DNA of 64,000 nucleotides, from positions 26,345,544-26,409,543 of the forward strand of contig JASCQW010000146.1 in the NCBI GenBank assembly GCA_030264375.1, written 5' to 3'. The notes below the pieces were generated by a model. The model saw only the letters and a list, made by a program, of their open reading frames with translations. It ran no database searches and was not told the DNA's origin. Shown here piece by piece: positions 63,200 through 64,000 of this stretch (position 1 is the stretch's first letter; each line of letters opens with the position of its first letter). The stretch is from Carcharhinus longimanus. Its lineage: Eukaryota. The position numbers and the translations under genes were made by a program.

Positions 63200-63935
63200 T
63201 ACTTCACTGTCTCTCTTGATCCCGCCAATGTCTTTAACTGTCATACTGCTTATCCAGCATGCAGTACTGGATGAGCAGAAATTTGCTCCAATTGAATTTT
63301 AAGGTGATTGAAGCCATTGTCTTCAGTCCCTGCCATGAACTCCACCCTCACCATTAACTGCATCCCTCTCCTTGGCAACTTAGAGGCTGAACCAGATTGT
63401 TTGCAACCTCAGTGAAATATTTGACTGCAAATTCAACCAACCACATATCTGCACCATGACAAGGATTGCCTATTTCACCTCTAATGATGTCTCACTCTGT
63501 TTCCTGCCTCAGCTATGAATGTTGGAATCCTCATATATACCTTTCTCACCTGTGGATTTGACTTTTCTAATGCACTACCATGTTCAATTGTCTGTAAATG
63601 CAAGGTCATCCAAAATTAAATTGCACATGTCCTAACTCACATCAAATCCCATTCACCCATCACACTGCTACTCACTGACCTATATCAGCTCTTGGATAAA
63701 CAATGCCTTGATTTTAAAATTCTTCCTATCTGTAAATCTCTGTGGTCTTCTCCAGACCACTGACCCTCCTGAGATATCTGCATTCCTCCAATTCTTTTTG
63801 AGTATTACCAATTTTAATTGCTTTGTTACCAGTAGCTGTGCCTCGAGTTGCTTAAGCCTCAATTGCTGGAATTCCATCCCCTAATCTCTCCTCTTCTCAA
63901 CCTCACTTTCCTTCTTTAAGATCACTTTAATGGCC
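63200..63935 (+). mobile_element. Old L2-like LINE 3' fragment
   Basis: HITLLLTDLYQL...DFKIL-like motif and GACTTTTCTAATGCACT (DxSNAL). Confidence 0.7.
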
Positions 63936-64000
63936 ACCTAGTGATTTTCTGATTGGTATTTTACGTAGATCTATGTCATACTTGGTTTTAAATGCCTTCA

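Overview
Vertebrate genomic DNA from a draft scaffold with N-gaps; the repeat repertoire and protein divergence point to a cartilaginous fish (inference). The window holds the 3' end of MACF1 (ACF7, spectraplakin) on the minus strand. I traced 22 GT-AG coding exons from 61008 down to the stop at 14903-14905. All phases are compatible, giving about 1061 aa: the last spectrin repeats, two EF-hands, the GAR/GAS2 microtubule-binding domain, the GSR-rich tail and an SxIP (SKIP) motif. Three of the exons are frame-preserving cassettes: an 18-nt FFLGNQ microexon in the GAR domain, a 69-nt exon and a 111-nt exon. Introns and the downstream region carry decayed CR1, L2 and Rex1/Babar LINEs, V- and Deu-type SINEs, a MITE, probable solo LTRs and many Penelope-like element remnants with minimal hammerhead-ribozyme motifs, some in fold-back arrangement. 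The best leads are the regulatory architecture around the microexon, the hammerhead/fold-back elements, and a tentative chain of phase-compatible exon-like segments downstream of MACF1. I could not establish a genuinely new system from sequence alone.
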